Part shown: piece after piece, positions 25,067-38,940 of the stretch
How positions within the stretch are numbered: position 1 is the stretch's first letter
How the letters are laid out: each line of letters opens with the position of its first letter
Origin: Callorhinchus milii
Taxonomy: Eukaryota
Direction of reading: 5' to 3'
Assembly (NCBI RefSeq): GCF_018977255.1
Contig: NW_024704742.1
Location: 38,814,001 to 38,878,000, forward strand
Length of the DNA: 64,000 bases
Notes under the pieces: model-generated
What the model saw: the letters and a program-made list of their open reading frames with translations, nothing else
Told to the model about the DNA's origin: nothing
Database searches by the model: none
Made by a program: the position numbers and the translations under genes

Positions 25067-26442
25067 AGGAGTTTGCATCTGTCCATCAGCATAAGTGTGA
25101 ACTGGTTACAAGCCCCGCTGAGAAGAACAGTTTAAGTAGGGCACGCCAGTTAACTTTCATTTTGCTAAGTGGATTTTGATGTGTTGCTCTGGGTACAAAT
25201 GTAAATATGGCTTTGGATGGTCTTGTTGAATACCTCTTTGCACCATGAGCTCACTTCCTTTGGCTCACAGTGTGTGTGATGGGTTGCTGCGATGTGGGAA
25301 AATCCAAACTTAGCTAAATTTAGATAAATTTGGATCATTTAGGCAGTTAACAAAAGGTAATGTGTATTTGCTTAGAATGCTAATGGCTATGAGGTTGGGT
25401 TGTGTGGGAAATGTGAGAGTGAGGGGGTGAGGGACATCCTCCCGATGTGAAAGGCATCATGCAAATGTAATTTTTTGTTGTTGTTGAGGGTAGGGAGAGT
25501 TACTGACAGCTGTATTATTGGGGCTGCAGAGCCTGGTCCTGGTCAGGAAAGTGGGCAGAGTGCCATTGGCCCACCAAGTGGAGGGTCCCTTGAGTGAGGG
25601 AGCAGGCGAGTGCACCAGAAGTTTGAATGGGGTCCAGTAAAAGTGACCTGGAGGCTTGTCTCCCAATAGAACACTGAGCTTGAAGAGAGTAAGGGAGCCG
25701 AGGTCCCATACCATGACTGCCCTCTAAACAAGGTTGAGCTGGTTTGTTGCATTTTGGTTCAATATGGTTGATTGTTGTTTCATCATTGATGGCTGGCGTT
25801 AGCTCTTCTTCCACGACCACCCCATACCTTCTGTAGAATGACAGAATTAGAACACAGAAGAAAATTCAGGCCATTGAAACTATGCTGATTCTAACTCCTC
25901 CAGTAAACCCAATCCCAATCTCAGTGTTTTTTTTTGTCCCCTTTTGTTTGTTTTTAAATACTTAAATATTTTACTGATTGGAGTCCAGTAGGACTGTTTT
26001 CCAGTTTACTGACAATCTGGAGGAGCTACATAGCTTTTTGCCACTATTCTGACATGTGTATGAGTCATTGGTGGTCTGTTGGAGATATTCCCACTGTGGA
26101 TTTTGGACACTGTGAATCTGAATTTATGTACTTATACTGCATCAGCAGAGATCTCGGCTCCATTGCACATAAATCTGACTTACAACCAAATGAAACACAG
26201 GCTTTGCATTATCTTAGCATCAACCTTTTATAGCAATAAAAGGTTTTTCCCATTTTTTATGGGTTCCTTAATAATAAGGAATTTGTATAAAATATTATTT
26301 TTATAATATTGCCTTATAAAATACATTTTTGAATGAATCATGAAGTCAGTGTTATTGGCAGGCTTGGAGTCCATTGTACTCCTTGTGTCTTGCAGAAAAT
26401 AGATAATTTTGTACAGTGATTCCTTGAGTAATGCACTTAGAT

Positions 26443-26850
26443 GATAATAATAATAATCCTTACATTTGATATAGCACCGTTCATGCTGTGAGTAATTCCC
26501 AAAGCCCATCATGGGATATACTGTAAAGCATAGTGACTGTATTTTGCAGGCAAACACGGCAGCCAATTTGCACACAGTAAGGTCCACTGAACAGCTATGA
26601 AGTGAATGACCAATTTTATCCAGGGGACTGTTGGACAGCTCATAGGAAATATTTCCTTCTCTTTTTGAACAATGACCTGGGTTATAACATCCACCTGAAC
26701 AGGCAGATGGTACCTCTGTTTAAAGTCTTATCTGAAGGACAGCACCTCTAACAATGCAGCACCCTCCAGCCCTGCATCGGAATGTCAATCTAGAGTATAT
26801 GAGTTTAAAATCACAACTTTAAAGTGAGTCAGATTGGCACTCTGACTGTA
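26443..26850 (-). mobile_element. DeuSINE, near full length
   Basis: Tail 'aataatccttacatttgatatagcac', then 'ggcagccaatttgcacacagtaaggtcc' and 'acatccacctgaacaggcagatgg...tctgaaggacagcacctctaacaatgcagcac'. Confidence 0.8.
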
Positions 26851-29800
26851 TGTACAATGTTTATCTGCCACAGGATTTTGAATTGGAATTGCTAAAGGAT
26901 AGAACCATATCTTAGCCTGATCTGTGGATATCTGGTACTTCGGATTTCATCTTGTTAATATGATTTCTTAGCTCCCTCCCCCACCACTGCCACACATGAA
27001 AAGCGCTATATCAAATGCAAGGATTATTATTATTGTTATTATAAATACAGGTTAAACGCTTATCTTATGCAACTTAAACCTTGGGAAGTCCTCCTGACGT
27101 GAAAGGCGCTATACAAATGTAATTTTGTTGTTGTTGTTGTACTATTATGTATGGTAGCGATGATATGAAAGTTAAATGCTGGAATACAAATTGGACAGTT
27201 TTGTAATATGGGTGTAAAAAGAACAATATTTGTTGAAAGATTTGATAATTATGACACATTGTTCAGTGTATTATGAAACATCACATTTTTCACCCCATGA
27301 AATGCTCAGAGGTTACAAAGTTGAGTGTGTCTGGGCTCTTTGAACAAGTATGGAAAAATAATATTATTTTATAATATATAGTATTTGAAGTATTTCTAGT
27401 GTTGGAATGAATTGCTTTTCAGACTTTTCTTTCACAAATATATTAAATGCTTACAAAAATAAGTTATTGTTCATGTTGTAGTATGTTCATGTCTTTTAAC
27501 AGCTTCAGCAGAATTTGTGCAGTTATTCTGCACATAGTAAATGCAAGATTGATATGGTGCACATTATTTTTCTTTGTTCTGAATTATTCAGAAAATGCCT
27601 TTTGTTGATCACCGACACATCCTCATTAGCATGTATCTGGTCAGACGGGTCAAATCAATCATGCAAGGGAAATTCATGAACTGCTGAGCTTGTCACCTCC
27701 TATTAACTCAGAATTCAAAGTTGTCCTTAGATAAAGCGGGACTTAGAAAATGTGCCCTGTATCAGTAACAGATGGTATCTACCAAACTTAGCCAAGAGGA
27801 ATCGCAGCAAATCCAAGGAAACACTCAATTTGCATTAATAGTCTCAATGTTGAAGAAGGGGAAGATTGGAGCTTTGTTGTTGAAGGTTGGGGTTGTCGGT
27901 GATTATGCAAATATTACATTAAAACAAGTATCATGACCCTGGACTTTGTGTCTCACAGTCATTACTCCCTTATCTCAGCAGCGTTGTCTGGTGTTTGAAT
28001 TGGTGATTATTTCCTAATTGACTGTCCCATTTGGGAACCAGCCACAGTTCAAAGGATTTCCCTCGCTTGCGTGAAGCACCAGTCAGGGTCGGCACTTAGG
28101 GACGGTTGCAGAACAAAGAATAATATTAACAATGAAACTCCGTTTTGCTCTGTGATATTTATTTAAGTTGATTGCTGCTCTTAACAGAACCCACAAAATG
28201 TTGTAAAATCTTGGTTTATATTAATCACCGCAGCAACAGAGACTTCCATCAGCTGAATAGCCGATTGCTTTTTATCATGAAACATTTCATCAGCTCAATA
28301 AAGAGTAGTCTTGTTAGTTAGTCATAAGTCCCATGGAGAAGTCTTTTTGTTTGAGAATCAAAGGGGATGGCATGAGCTTACACATTGACAAGTGATGACT
28401 GAGGAGCCTAATTGCCGAATATTTTATTATAATTGGTTACAAAAACAAAAGAAATTATAATTTGAATGTTTCACTTCTGAGATGCGTTCAGTATAACGAT
28501 AATTATTTTAAAAAATACATATTAAACAGGTATCATTTACAACCCTGAATTTCGAAACACATGCTTAGGCTTCAGCAGTCAAAGAAGTAAGTCCTCTCTT
28601 GGGGTAATTCTTACTCTGCCTCAAGTGCAAAGTACACCCTTTTCAAACACTGGGAAACCTTTATCCAAAGTTTAAGGTTCAGGATTAACGCAGTGCTGAC
28701 TTTGTTAAATGTGACTCTCATGTTGAACTGAAAGGTCGCTGGAGTATTCCTCTGTAGATTAATTGACTGTTTCCCATCTTCCCTTGATGTGTTAAAAAAA
28801 AAGTGAAGTTTGATTCCATATAGAATTGAAGTCACCCATTCTGCCTCTTACTTGCTCATTACAGCCTTATCATTCTTACTTGATTAAGTTAACTGTGTAG
28901 CTCTGATTTTCAATGCTTTTAAAAGCAAACTCTGGATCTTATGCATTGTTGTTATTAAGTCGTCATGCATCTGGAGGAAAAAAGTTTCAGTCTTTGCTAT
29001 CTTTTTTTATTCCAAAGGTAGCATTTAGGGAATGAGTTGATATAATACTAGCAAAATGGTATTCAGAAAATGTTGAATATTTACTTAAGGGTAATAATGT
29101 TATTGTGTCAGGCTAAATTTGCATTCTTGCACATTATTTATAAATGAATCTACTTAACACAATGCCACATGATTTCTGCTAATACAGTATACATACACAC
29201 ATAATCGTTTTGTTTTACTTAGCACCCTTGCATTGCATGCACAGTACTACAACACCAATGAGAAAGTATACAGAGGCTTTTCATTTAGGATAGAAAGGAG
29301 AAGACTGTAATCAACTGACTTCCTTCAGTTATAATCCACTGCATGACCACCTTTTGTATGATATTGCTTTATTCAGTCACAACTTTATTAATCCTTTTTT
29401 TAAATGATACCTTTGAATTTCACAGTAATAATAATCTTTACATTTATAATCCATACATTTAATATAATGCATTTCACATCAGGCGAATGTCTGGATGTAA
29501 TGTAAAGCCTAGTGACTGTATATATTCTAGTCAAACAATGCAGCTAATTTGGGCACAACAATGTCCCACAGACAATAGTGCAACGTAGAAAAGGAAAAAA
29601 ACAGGCAAAGATACAGTTAAAATCAAAACAAAAATAATTGTCATATGATGTGCATCAAAATAATGATAATGCAATGAAGTAACCTTAAGCCCTTTTTTTA
29701 TCAGTCATACACCGGAGGCAAGAAAGATTCAAGTCTTTAATGCGTTACATTTGTGTTAATGTAATGAGAGTCTTCTATTTAAGGAGAGGCATAAAAAGCC

Positions 29801-30550
29801 TGTTCAGGCTGGATTTTGTCAGGACCAGTACAGTCATGGGTACTGATTTCTCCAGGAAAGAGTTTGGAAATGACTATTAGTGCTCTGAAGGATTAGTCCA
29901 ACAAGATGGAGCAAGTAATTGGGGGCAAAGAAATAGACATAAATGCTGCGGAGGGTAAAAATCAGAGGAAAAGTGGGCAGCCAATAATATGGTGGAGCTG
30001 GGGCACTGCTTTAGTAATGTAATGAGATGGGGAGATATGAAAATGCAGAAACCTCCAGACAGATCCCCAGCTCTAAGCCTTAGGGTCAGTAAGCAGATGG
30101 GACTAATACAGCCTACACCTTCACAAGGACAATAATTCAAGAAGGAGACTATACCTGGATACTATCCATTTAACTGAAGAAAGGTTAAAAGACTTAAAGT
30201 TTAGACAATTGTAGTTTGCAACTTTTACTAATTAAACCGTTTTATTTTTTATAGCTTTTACAGCCATGACAAGGTTTTCGGGAACTTCCAGTTTTGCCAC
30301 AAATGTGCTTCGTTCAGTTTGTGACAAGATCTTGTTTTTACTTGGCAACTTTTTCTTCCAAGTCTGTGGAAAACTCTGGCCACCAAAAAGGGGAGAATGT
30401 GTTCCAGATTTTATCTTATCCTATTAAATATCTTAAAGATAACTTGGAAAGAAACCTGAACTGTGCCATTTCAGAACACTTTGGATGGTGTAGTTTGGTT
30501 TGGGGCTCACCACTCGGCACTAATAACTCTGTAGTCTCTTATTGTAGTTT

Positions 30551-31223
30551 AATAACAATAATAACCTTTGCAATTCATATAGCGCCTTATAATAATAATA
30601 ATCCTTGCATTTGATATAGCGTTTTTCACGTCTTCTAGACGTCCCAAAGCGCTTCACAGAATCTGCTGTAAAATGAATTGACTGTATATTTGTGGGCGAA
30701 ACGCGGCAGCCAATTGCGCACAGCAGTGTCCCACAAACAGTTGTGGATTGAAAATGACCAATTTATTATTGTTTTTGTTTTTTGGAGGGATTATTACTAG
30801 GGGTGTGGAGTAATGAAACTTGGCCAAGGTTTCGCCCTGCCAGGAATTGAACCCAGGTGTCTCGCTGGCAAGGCGAGTGCTCTAACCACTGAGCTACAGG
30901 ACTCCACGTCGTTGAGAAGTCTTAACGCCCTTCACAGAATATACTGTAAAGTGAATGTTTTGTGGGCGAAACGCAGCAGCAAATTACGCACAGCACTGTC
31001 CTACAAACAGCCGTGGATTAAGTCACCACATTTTTTTTTGGAGGGATTATTACCCCGGAAAGCAGTCTGCCAATTGACTAACAACTGGTTCCTGCTTACT
31101 GCTAGGTAAACAGAGTTGTGTGGAGAAAGGAAACTTGGCTAAGGTTTTGCCCTGCCCAGGGATCGAATCTGGGTCCTCTCACTTGCGAATAAAGTGCTCT
31201 AACTAGTACTGTCAGGATTCCAC
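30551..31223 (-). mobile_element. tRNA-SINE long subfamily (host; pieces 30551-30590 and about 30905-31223)
   Basis: Tail '..catatagcgccttat' resumes as 'cacgtcgttgagaag..cttcacagaatatactg'; contains 'ggttcctgcttactgctaggtaaacagag'; head ends 'caggattccac'. Confidence 0.85.
30591..30907 (-). mobile_element. tRNA-SINE short subfamily, full length, nested in the above
   Basis: (AAT)n tail through to head 'gagtgctctaaccactgagctacaggactccac'. Confidence 0.9.
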
Positions 31224-34029
31224 TGTCCAATTTTTGTGGATTAGTTTGTGTTGCCAACCCTCTTGTGTTCATCTGTCTAAGGCTTTTTTATAGCAAAATG
31301 CTAGGTCCTTCCACTGAGGAAGTTTTACAATGAGGATATTTCCTCAGTCATTTTTAACTTCAGCCTTTGGTTTTGGCATTTGCCTACAAAATATACTATA
31401 CTTTACAATATATCCTGTGAAGGCACTTTGAGACGTCCTATATGAACCTTGCTATATCAAGTGTAAGGATTATTAATAATCAATGTTTTCATACAACTTT
31501 GCCATAACTCTGTTAAACAGAAACCAGTCTGAATAGTTAACATACACTGCCTTCCATTTCGGATTGATTTCTTGACAAATCTATGATATTCTCAACTTTG
31601 CTTTTAAAAAGATCACCAGTAACATTGATGAGAATTAATTTTTTTTTGCTGAAGAACATCAAAGCTGTGAAACAAAACAGACTGGTGAAGATCAGGCGCA
31701 AAGCACTGTTTATACAGCCTTCCTCCCCACTCTCTGTGGTTTCATTTCCACACATGTTATTGCAGGCTCAATATAGGCATCCTTAATCTACTCAATTGTC
31801 CTTCATTTCAAATTGATAGACACCTACTGACCAAACATAATACTTTCCACCTAAACGTTGATTAATATATTAATAAATCACATGAAATTTTGTGAAAAAA
31901 TCTCAGAAAACTTGAATGTGAATTGTTCACCCTTCCAAGTGATAAGATCCTGCAGTCATACAGCAGCATTTCTTCTCTGGTTTTAGTCCAATGAAGGAGT
32001 TTATTAAACCTGAAGTCATTGCTCGCTTGAGAAGATCTCAGGAGTGACCCTTCACAGTAGTCTTAACACACATTATTTATCTTATAAGCTAAATATTTTA
32101 AAGTGAATGATTTGATGAGGCATACGTTAAAGCTGGGCAAAGTTACTGAGTAATGTTGTACAGTCTAACTGAAGGGATTCTATTATGATTTCACAGTGAT
32201 TGACATTTTGATGTATACTTAAGACAGATCATTCCCAAATAAAGTGGCCATGGCTGTGGTTTACTGAGATAAACATAAGAAGTCATTCAGGCAGTTTCAT
32301 CAGGTCCTCGAGTTATGAGAATCTGAGCAAGTTTCTAGAGTAAAACAGTTCACATTGAGTCAAATAGGAGGTGGGAAAATGAATGCCTAGAAAAATACAT
32401 GTGATTTTATTTTTAACCAGCATTATTTTAGAGCTCAACAGACTAACACATGTTAGATAACTCTGTCTGCAGGAATTACAAATTATATAATATTTTATGT
32501 TATGTTAAATATTTTATAAATATTGTAATTCAAGGGTACAAGCTTGTCTTAACAGGCTGGAATTAACAGTCTTCCCCCTATCACCAGCAGAGGCATGGTG
32601 TGGCTAAGGCCAGTTGAGCTTTGTCAGAAATGCCCACTGATGAGCGAACATGTTGCATAGTTAATACACACTACCTTTTGGGGGGGGATTGGTCAATTCC
32701 CTGTGTTTCTCACACCGTGCTGGTTTGCCTGGTTCATCCATCGAGATTGCGTCTTCAATTGGGATTGTATATTAATTTCAGAGGTTTCCAAAACAGTCTC
32801 CAAAATATCTCAGGATTTCTGTGAACAACTTTTTTTTAATGTGTTTTGACGCAGATTACTTTATTATCTTCATTTCATGGCTGTTTGTGGGACATTGCTG
32901 TGTGCAAGTCGGCTGCTATGATTGCCCACCAAACTACACAGTCAATATATACTGTACAGTAAATTCTGTGCTTTAAGATATCCTTCTGATGTAAAAAGTG
33001 CAATATCAAATGCAACAATTATTATTATTATTATCATCTTGTGTTTGTAAACAAACCAAACTAGGTGCGAGTGATGTTAACTTGTGTTGCCTTTCATAAT
33101 GGAGAAAGTACCAACTGTTGTACAAATCTCGCAGAGTAAGAGCATTATCCCGCTTCACAGGTTCGAAGTCTATTGCTGAGCTCTTTAATTCAAATCCCTA
33201 TACGTTCTGCGTCACATTTATCACCAAAAAACCTGTACTTGTTCCTCAGATTTGTTTCTTGATAAACCAAAGGTCAGTGTTAATGCCCTTTTAGTACACC
33301 GAGATTGAATAGAATAAGAACTGGGAGATAGAACCGGGGGGACATTTCAGAGGAGCAAAACTACAATGGTGTCAGTAAAATAGAGAAAGCTGAGACCTGT
33401 AGATTCACCGAGGAGAGAAAATATGGTCTAGAGTCATATACCATGGCATGAAACAGGGAACTTTGAAGAATCGGCTGCACAATTTAGGGCAGTGTTTTGG
33501 ATAAGTTGTCAAATGCAGTTCAAAGATAGGAAACATGTTCAACATAATGATTCCTTTGCTTCCCAACATACGGCTTGATACTTAATTCAGTTGAGATTCA
33601 CCTGTTCTCCCATCAGTAAGTCAACATTTGTTTTACACCAACAAAAGCTAACAACAGACTAACATAAACCATGTAATATACTAATGTGTGAGATACTTCC
33701 CACCCCCCTCCGTTTTCAGCTATTTTCTCCCACTTTATTAGGTTTCCTCAGCTTTCTCAACCCAGTCTTGTATGTTGTTACTCAACTAATACAAGGTCAT
33801 GCAGCCTTTCGCCAGTACAGTGTTAGACCTAAAGATCTATGAGAATAGTTCAATTGACTTAGCTTCAGTCTGACTCCAGGATGGAATCCCAAAGAGTGGG
33901 GGCAAAATGGCTGAACCGATGGTGTGATGGAGCTCATGGGGGCCTTGAAGCCGGCTGGTGTTTACTGAACGGAGAAGTGATTGGGTCAGTGGGAACACAG
34001 GATGTCACAGGGTTAAGGAGCAAAGCCAA

Positions 34030-34146
34030 GGAGCTATTTGAAAGTGAGGACAAGAATCTTCAATTTGATCCGCTGGGGGACGGGAAGCCAGTGGAGCCGA
34101 GCAAGGATGGGGTTGATGAGCTCATGGAGCTTGGTGCCGGAGAGGA
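34030..34146 (-). mobile_element. Small L2 ORF2 fragment
   Basis: 'ttgaaagtgaggacaagaatcttcaattt...gggaagccagtggagccgagcaaggatggg' is antisense to PILARLHWLP..KILVLTF. Confidence 0.8.
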
Positions 34147-36399
34147 CTGAAAATCTAGTCAAAGCTATGGAGGAAATGAACTTCTCAAAGTACAAAGTAA
34201 ATAATTCTTACTGCACAGTTTTACCTATTTCAGATATCACATGTCAAAAACACAGATAAACCACGTTTTACTATGCAAACTTTCATTCATAGGATAACCT
34301 CACTTTATTAACCATTACACTACAGGAAAGTCCTGGGAAATGATAATTTCCCTGAGCCAACAATAACAATTGCCAGGTGTTTTGTTTTACTCTAATATTA
34401 ACCCTAAACTGCAAAACAATTAAAATTGAATTTTAAAACAAAATATTTAAAGCTCATGACATTCCATTGGCTTACCTTCTTCCTACATTGTCGTTTGTTA
34501 ATAATTGTTTCCTTCCACATTTGTATTATTTTAATTCACTTTGATTCTGATTTTATATATAATGTAACACAATCTATGCATTCCAACTTCCTTTTCTCAG
34601 AACCCTCTCTGCCAGGGCTCGCTCCCACCAGAAGCCTTTTCCTTCCTCTTCCTTACTTTGCACCATTCGTTTTTGAACTAGTTCAATTTCAAAAATATTT
34701 AGTGTTTTCCTGAACTGTTCTCTTTGACCATTCCTATGGCTATTTCCTACCTCCCCTTTTCCCTTCGCTTTTCCCACTCTCCCTGCTTGGTGTCCCTTTT
34801 TGTAAAGCTCTTCAAGTAGTGAAAGGTGCTATATAAATGCAAGTCGTCATTGCACATCGTGGGGAGAAAAAACATTTACTTTATGGAAGAAAATATTAGG
34901 GACAGTGCTTTTGACTTCAAAATATAAGCCAGATATTTCAAAAGGTAACTTTTTCTTAATGTTGCACCATAGGTAAATAGTGAGAGTTGATAATCTACTT
35001 TAACTAACATGGGGTTTCAGTCTGTGCCAAAACTCTTGCGTTGTTCAGCTAGTTGTTCACTTACACTGATCTGGGGAAGGCTGTTTATTATGATGTGCTT
35101 CAGAAGACCATGATAAATTGGACCCCATCCTTGGGCGGCAGACAATTAGGTCACTTCCAAGTCAAATAGGTCACGTGCAGACACTTATAGGTCACATGTC
35201 ATTTGGTGATTGAATGACGCATTCTCAAAGTGTCAGATAGGTTAACAATGGGCCACTCATCTGTTAATTATAGGAAACGTGCCAGGTTTACACAGATGGC
35301 TGAAGGTCACCTATACCGAAGTGTACAGGTGGCATTTAAGCCTAAAGCACAAAAAGCAGCAGTAACAATGCACATAAGATTCATTGATGCAAGAAAATTT
35401 ATTTTGTATTCAAGTCTTCTGCAGTGGATTCTGCTGTAGACATAGTCATGATGTATTGATGTACTTCCTTTCGGTGTTAATCTACTTTAACTGTTTTGTC
35501 CAGGTGAGATGGTTGAGATGGTTTCATTGGCTTGAAAGTCAACAAACCAGCATCGTCAATGTGCTAGTCGGGATAGAAACTGAGCCATTAGTAACAGATT
35601 ACTGCAGTAAGAAAAACGATGAAAGAATTAGAGAAATTTAAAGGCTGTCTAATTGCTGAAGTTTGCATTGAAACCTGGATAGTGCGATCAAGCAATATCA
35701 TTCCAGTAAATCCACTAGGTATTATAGTGTAGTTTCATCACATTCATCACAATAAGCTATTTCATTAGCCAGGAGGGAAACACATTATTTGAATGTCTTT
35801 ACTAAACATTGTTTGATTATTTAACTATATCACTTATTAACACTAAATGCAAAGCAGGAGCTTATTATCTCCATTGGAAGTCTCGATGGTGTGACCTCTG
35901 CTACAGTATTCCCCAGTGTTCAATGAAGTATTTTCCCAGACTGGTGTTTTGGATGTCACAGGGTCGTAGGTGATACAAGTGTGTCATGAGAATTAACGTT
36001 AACGCTGCTTTCTCTCGCTCCTCATGAAAAAGGTAATCACTCCATGTAATTTATGTAAATCATTCCCAGTTGTGCTTCATTTGAAAAGCCTGCAGAATAG
36101 AGCAAAAAGCAAAAAGCCGGCAGGAAATTCAATCTGGCAAGACGCCAGTCAAGTTGTAACATTTAATTTTTTAATTAACCTCTTAATAGAAGAAGTATTC
36201 TTTATAATTTTCTGCAGCCAGAGACCAAACGGTTTGGTTTGATATATGGCTTGCTCAGTTAGATATTTTCCTGGTATATGTGAATTTGTCATATTGTACT
36301 CCTCTAATATTAATGTTCGAATGAATGTACATTTTTTGTTACTAAAATTCCAAAATAATTTTGAAAGCCTATTATGAAAGGCACATTAGTAAAGAGGGG

Positions 36400-36691
36400 A
36401 GGCGGGTCTACAACTGGCCTCAATGTCCCTGAATGACAGAGTGGAAAAGTACGTCTGGCATGCTGCTGCCCACTGCTGTACAGTAACCCTTGTTGGAAAG
36501 TATGTGCGTGTGGTCGGACATCAGGGAGGACAGGATGAGGCTTGTGTGTGAGTTGAATATCCTTTTGACACACAGTGGCCAGGCTCATGAAGAATGGTCA
36601 CTTGGATGAGCTAGTGGAGAAGTACAATGCCTCTTGAAACGCCAACTAATCTCAATTTATGTCATGACCTTCAGGAGAGGCGGGAAAAAAA
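36400..36691 (+). mobile_element. AmnSINE2/UCON3-like SINE relic
   Basis: 'ctacaactggcctca', 'tggaaagtatgtgcgtgtgg...gaggacaggat', 'catgaagaatggtcacttggatgag', 'ccttcaggagaggcgggaaaaaaa', colinear with the recalled AmnSINE2 consensus. Confidence 0.7.
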
Positions 36692-37364
36692 GAGATCTGA
36701 TGAAATTCTGGTGAATGAACATTTCATTATAATAATCTGTTTACAAAATGATTGAGGACCTTGAAGGATTTTTGCTGAGAATCCTGCAAAATGTTTGGAA
36801 GAAACTGAACATAATTACAATTCAGTAGTTGAAAATAAAACTTCGATCATGCGTCCGACTCTATCTTTGTGAAGTGCTCCAGAATGTAATTTTAAATGAG
36901 CTAAACTATCTAAATGCAAGTTGCTGTTACTATTGTAAAGGTCAGATCAGTTAACATTTTCAAGACAGAAACTCCCAAGAAAATGTTCCCTGCTATGTTA
37001 AACCTATACAATCCTCCATCATTTTCACACAGTGATATTCCTGAACGGTGTCAAAGGCACAATGGAGGGGCCTAGCTTTGACAGTGTTGCAATGCCAGCA
37101 GCCATTTGGAATACCCTTGAACAGGCCCCATTGGAACTTCAGTTTTATATTAATATAATGATCCTTGTGTTTGGTCTAGCCCTTATGATGTAATTGAGAT
37201 ATCAAAAAATACTTCAGAGGATTCACCATAAAATGTGATAATTGTGTATTTGTCGGCATACACAGCAGCCTGTTTGTGCACAGCTCAGCTAGGTCAAAAC
37301 AGTGAGGCAGGAATAAAGAAGGCAACAAAGATCCTGCCAAATCAGTTGATTTCAGATCCCCTGA

Positions 37365-37850
37365 AATCATACTGAAGCTGTATAGAGGTCTGGTCAAGCA
37401 GCATATGGAGTACTGCTTACAGTTCTGGTCACTGTGACATGGGTGAACTGTCCATCCAGTTCTTAGAAGCAGTAATAGGAGAGCAATGAAAATGATCTCC
37501 CGTGTTGACAAATGAGCAACAATGAAAAAAGCTCGGGATCTTCAGTTTTGAAAAGGGATGATTCATAGGGGATGTTAGTGGTGAATGTGAAAAATACTTT
37601 CAGATGCAATGAGATCCAACAATTTGCGAATACTACAAGGATCAGGGAAGAGGAATACAAACACTATTACTGAAATGTATACAGGCAAACTTCCGTTAAT
37701 AAGACAGATTTTAATGAAGCACATAAAAGAGGCTGGCTGTTCAGGGTGACTGTATACAGTACTACATAGTTGGGAGATGAAGAATCTCCTCTCAGCCAAA
37801 GAGTTCAGTAAACCGGCAGCAACTTTGAAATAAAGATGCTGGATCACAGC
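37365..37850 (+). mobile_element. Degenerate CR1 LINE ORF2 C-terminal fragment
   Basis: 37369 onward translates ILKLYRGLVKQHMEYCLQFWS (CR1 motif LYKxLVRPHLEYCVQFWSP), then stops and frameshifts. Confidence 0.75.
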
Positions 37851-38514
37851 TGGTAGAGTGACTGCAGGTGTCTGAGTTATGTCCATTCATCTGATACTTC
37901 AAAGAAATGTTGGCAGTGGATTGACCTTTGTGCTATTTTAGCTTCCTTACTCTTGGCAGTACAATGGTCACTTTGCTGCCATATCTGTTGTGCCGCTGAA
38001 CGATCACTCAACCATTGTAAGTGACAGCTGTGGTTCTAAAGATAAACGCAGCACATAATGTTCTCTAATGGCCAAATTACTTACCTAGTGCTTTTTAATT
38101 ATGTAACTGGAACAGAAGTGTGTGCCACTGCAGAGCTTGTCTTTTTCAATAACAGGAGAAAGTAAGCCTTGAAATTCCAACACCCACCCCATCCCACCGC
38201 CCTCAAAAAAAGGGAGCTCTTGTATGTAACTTATCTGGAAGTGCCCAGGATGTCGTTCCCCATAGGAATGTAACAGCTGCAGACTGATTGAGAATACACA
38301 GCGTGCAGAAGGACCAACATTTGTAAATGCCATTTCAAAACAATCAGATCTGATGACTCTGGAATTCATAAATTACACAAGATCCGAAGTCTTGACTTTA
38401 ATTTTCACCAATTCAGTACGAAATGTAGGGCCTGACCCTGATGATTACTGCCTTAAAGGTTGTTCAGAAATTGAATTATACTGAAATAATTTATACGAGG
38501 TTAAGGAACAAGAG

Positions 38515-38940
38515 GTATCAATTTGGTTTAGTTGGTAGTACGTTTGCCTTTGAGTCAAACACTTGTGGATTCAAACCCCACATTAAGGCTTTGAGCTCAC
38601 AGTCTTTTAGTGCTGGGGAAGTGCTGCTTTATCGAAGGTGTCAGCTCTTTGGATGAGATGTCAAACTGGGTCCCTGTTCAGTTGGACATGAAAGATCCCA
38701 TGGCACTATTTGAAACAAGAAGGAAATTTCCTGGCCAACACATGGAGTGGTATCCTTGCCAAGAGTTCTCCATATAAAATTATCATTCACTTCATGACTG
38801 TTTGTAGGACATTGCTGTGTGCAAATTGGCCGCCGAGTTTGCCTGGGAAATACGCAATCATCTCATTTTACAGTAAAATTCTATGAAAGATTTTGACACC
38901 ATGATAAGGTGCTGTATCAAATACAAGGGTTATTATCATC
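38515..38940 (+). mobile_element. DeuSINE, full-length degenerate
   Basis: tRNA-like head 'ggtttagttggtagtac..tgcctttgagtca..gtggattcaaacccca', core 'ggatgagatgtcaaac..aaagatcccatggcactatttgaa', 'gctgtgtgcaaattggccgcc', tail. Confidence 0.85.

Noticed and set aside
25515..25820. Minus-strand ORF with a nearby acceptor-like 'tctgtcattctacag'
   Set aside because: Peptide unrecognised, no donor, and it ends next to an L2 tail remnant; insufficient support.
35138..35198. CRISPR-like repeat-spacer array
   Set aside because: Only three 8-nt cores with 12-13-nt spacers, vertebrate context, no cas genes.
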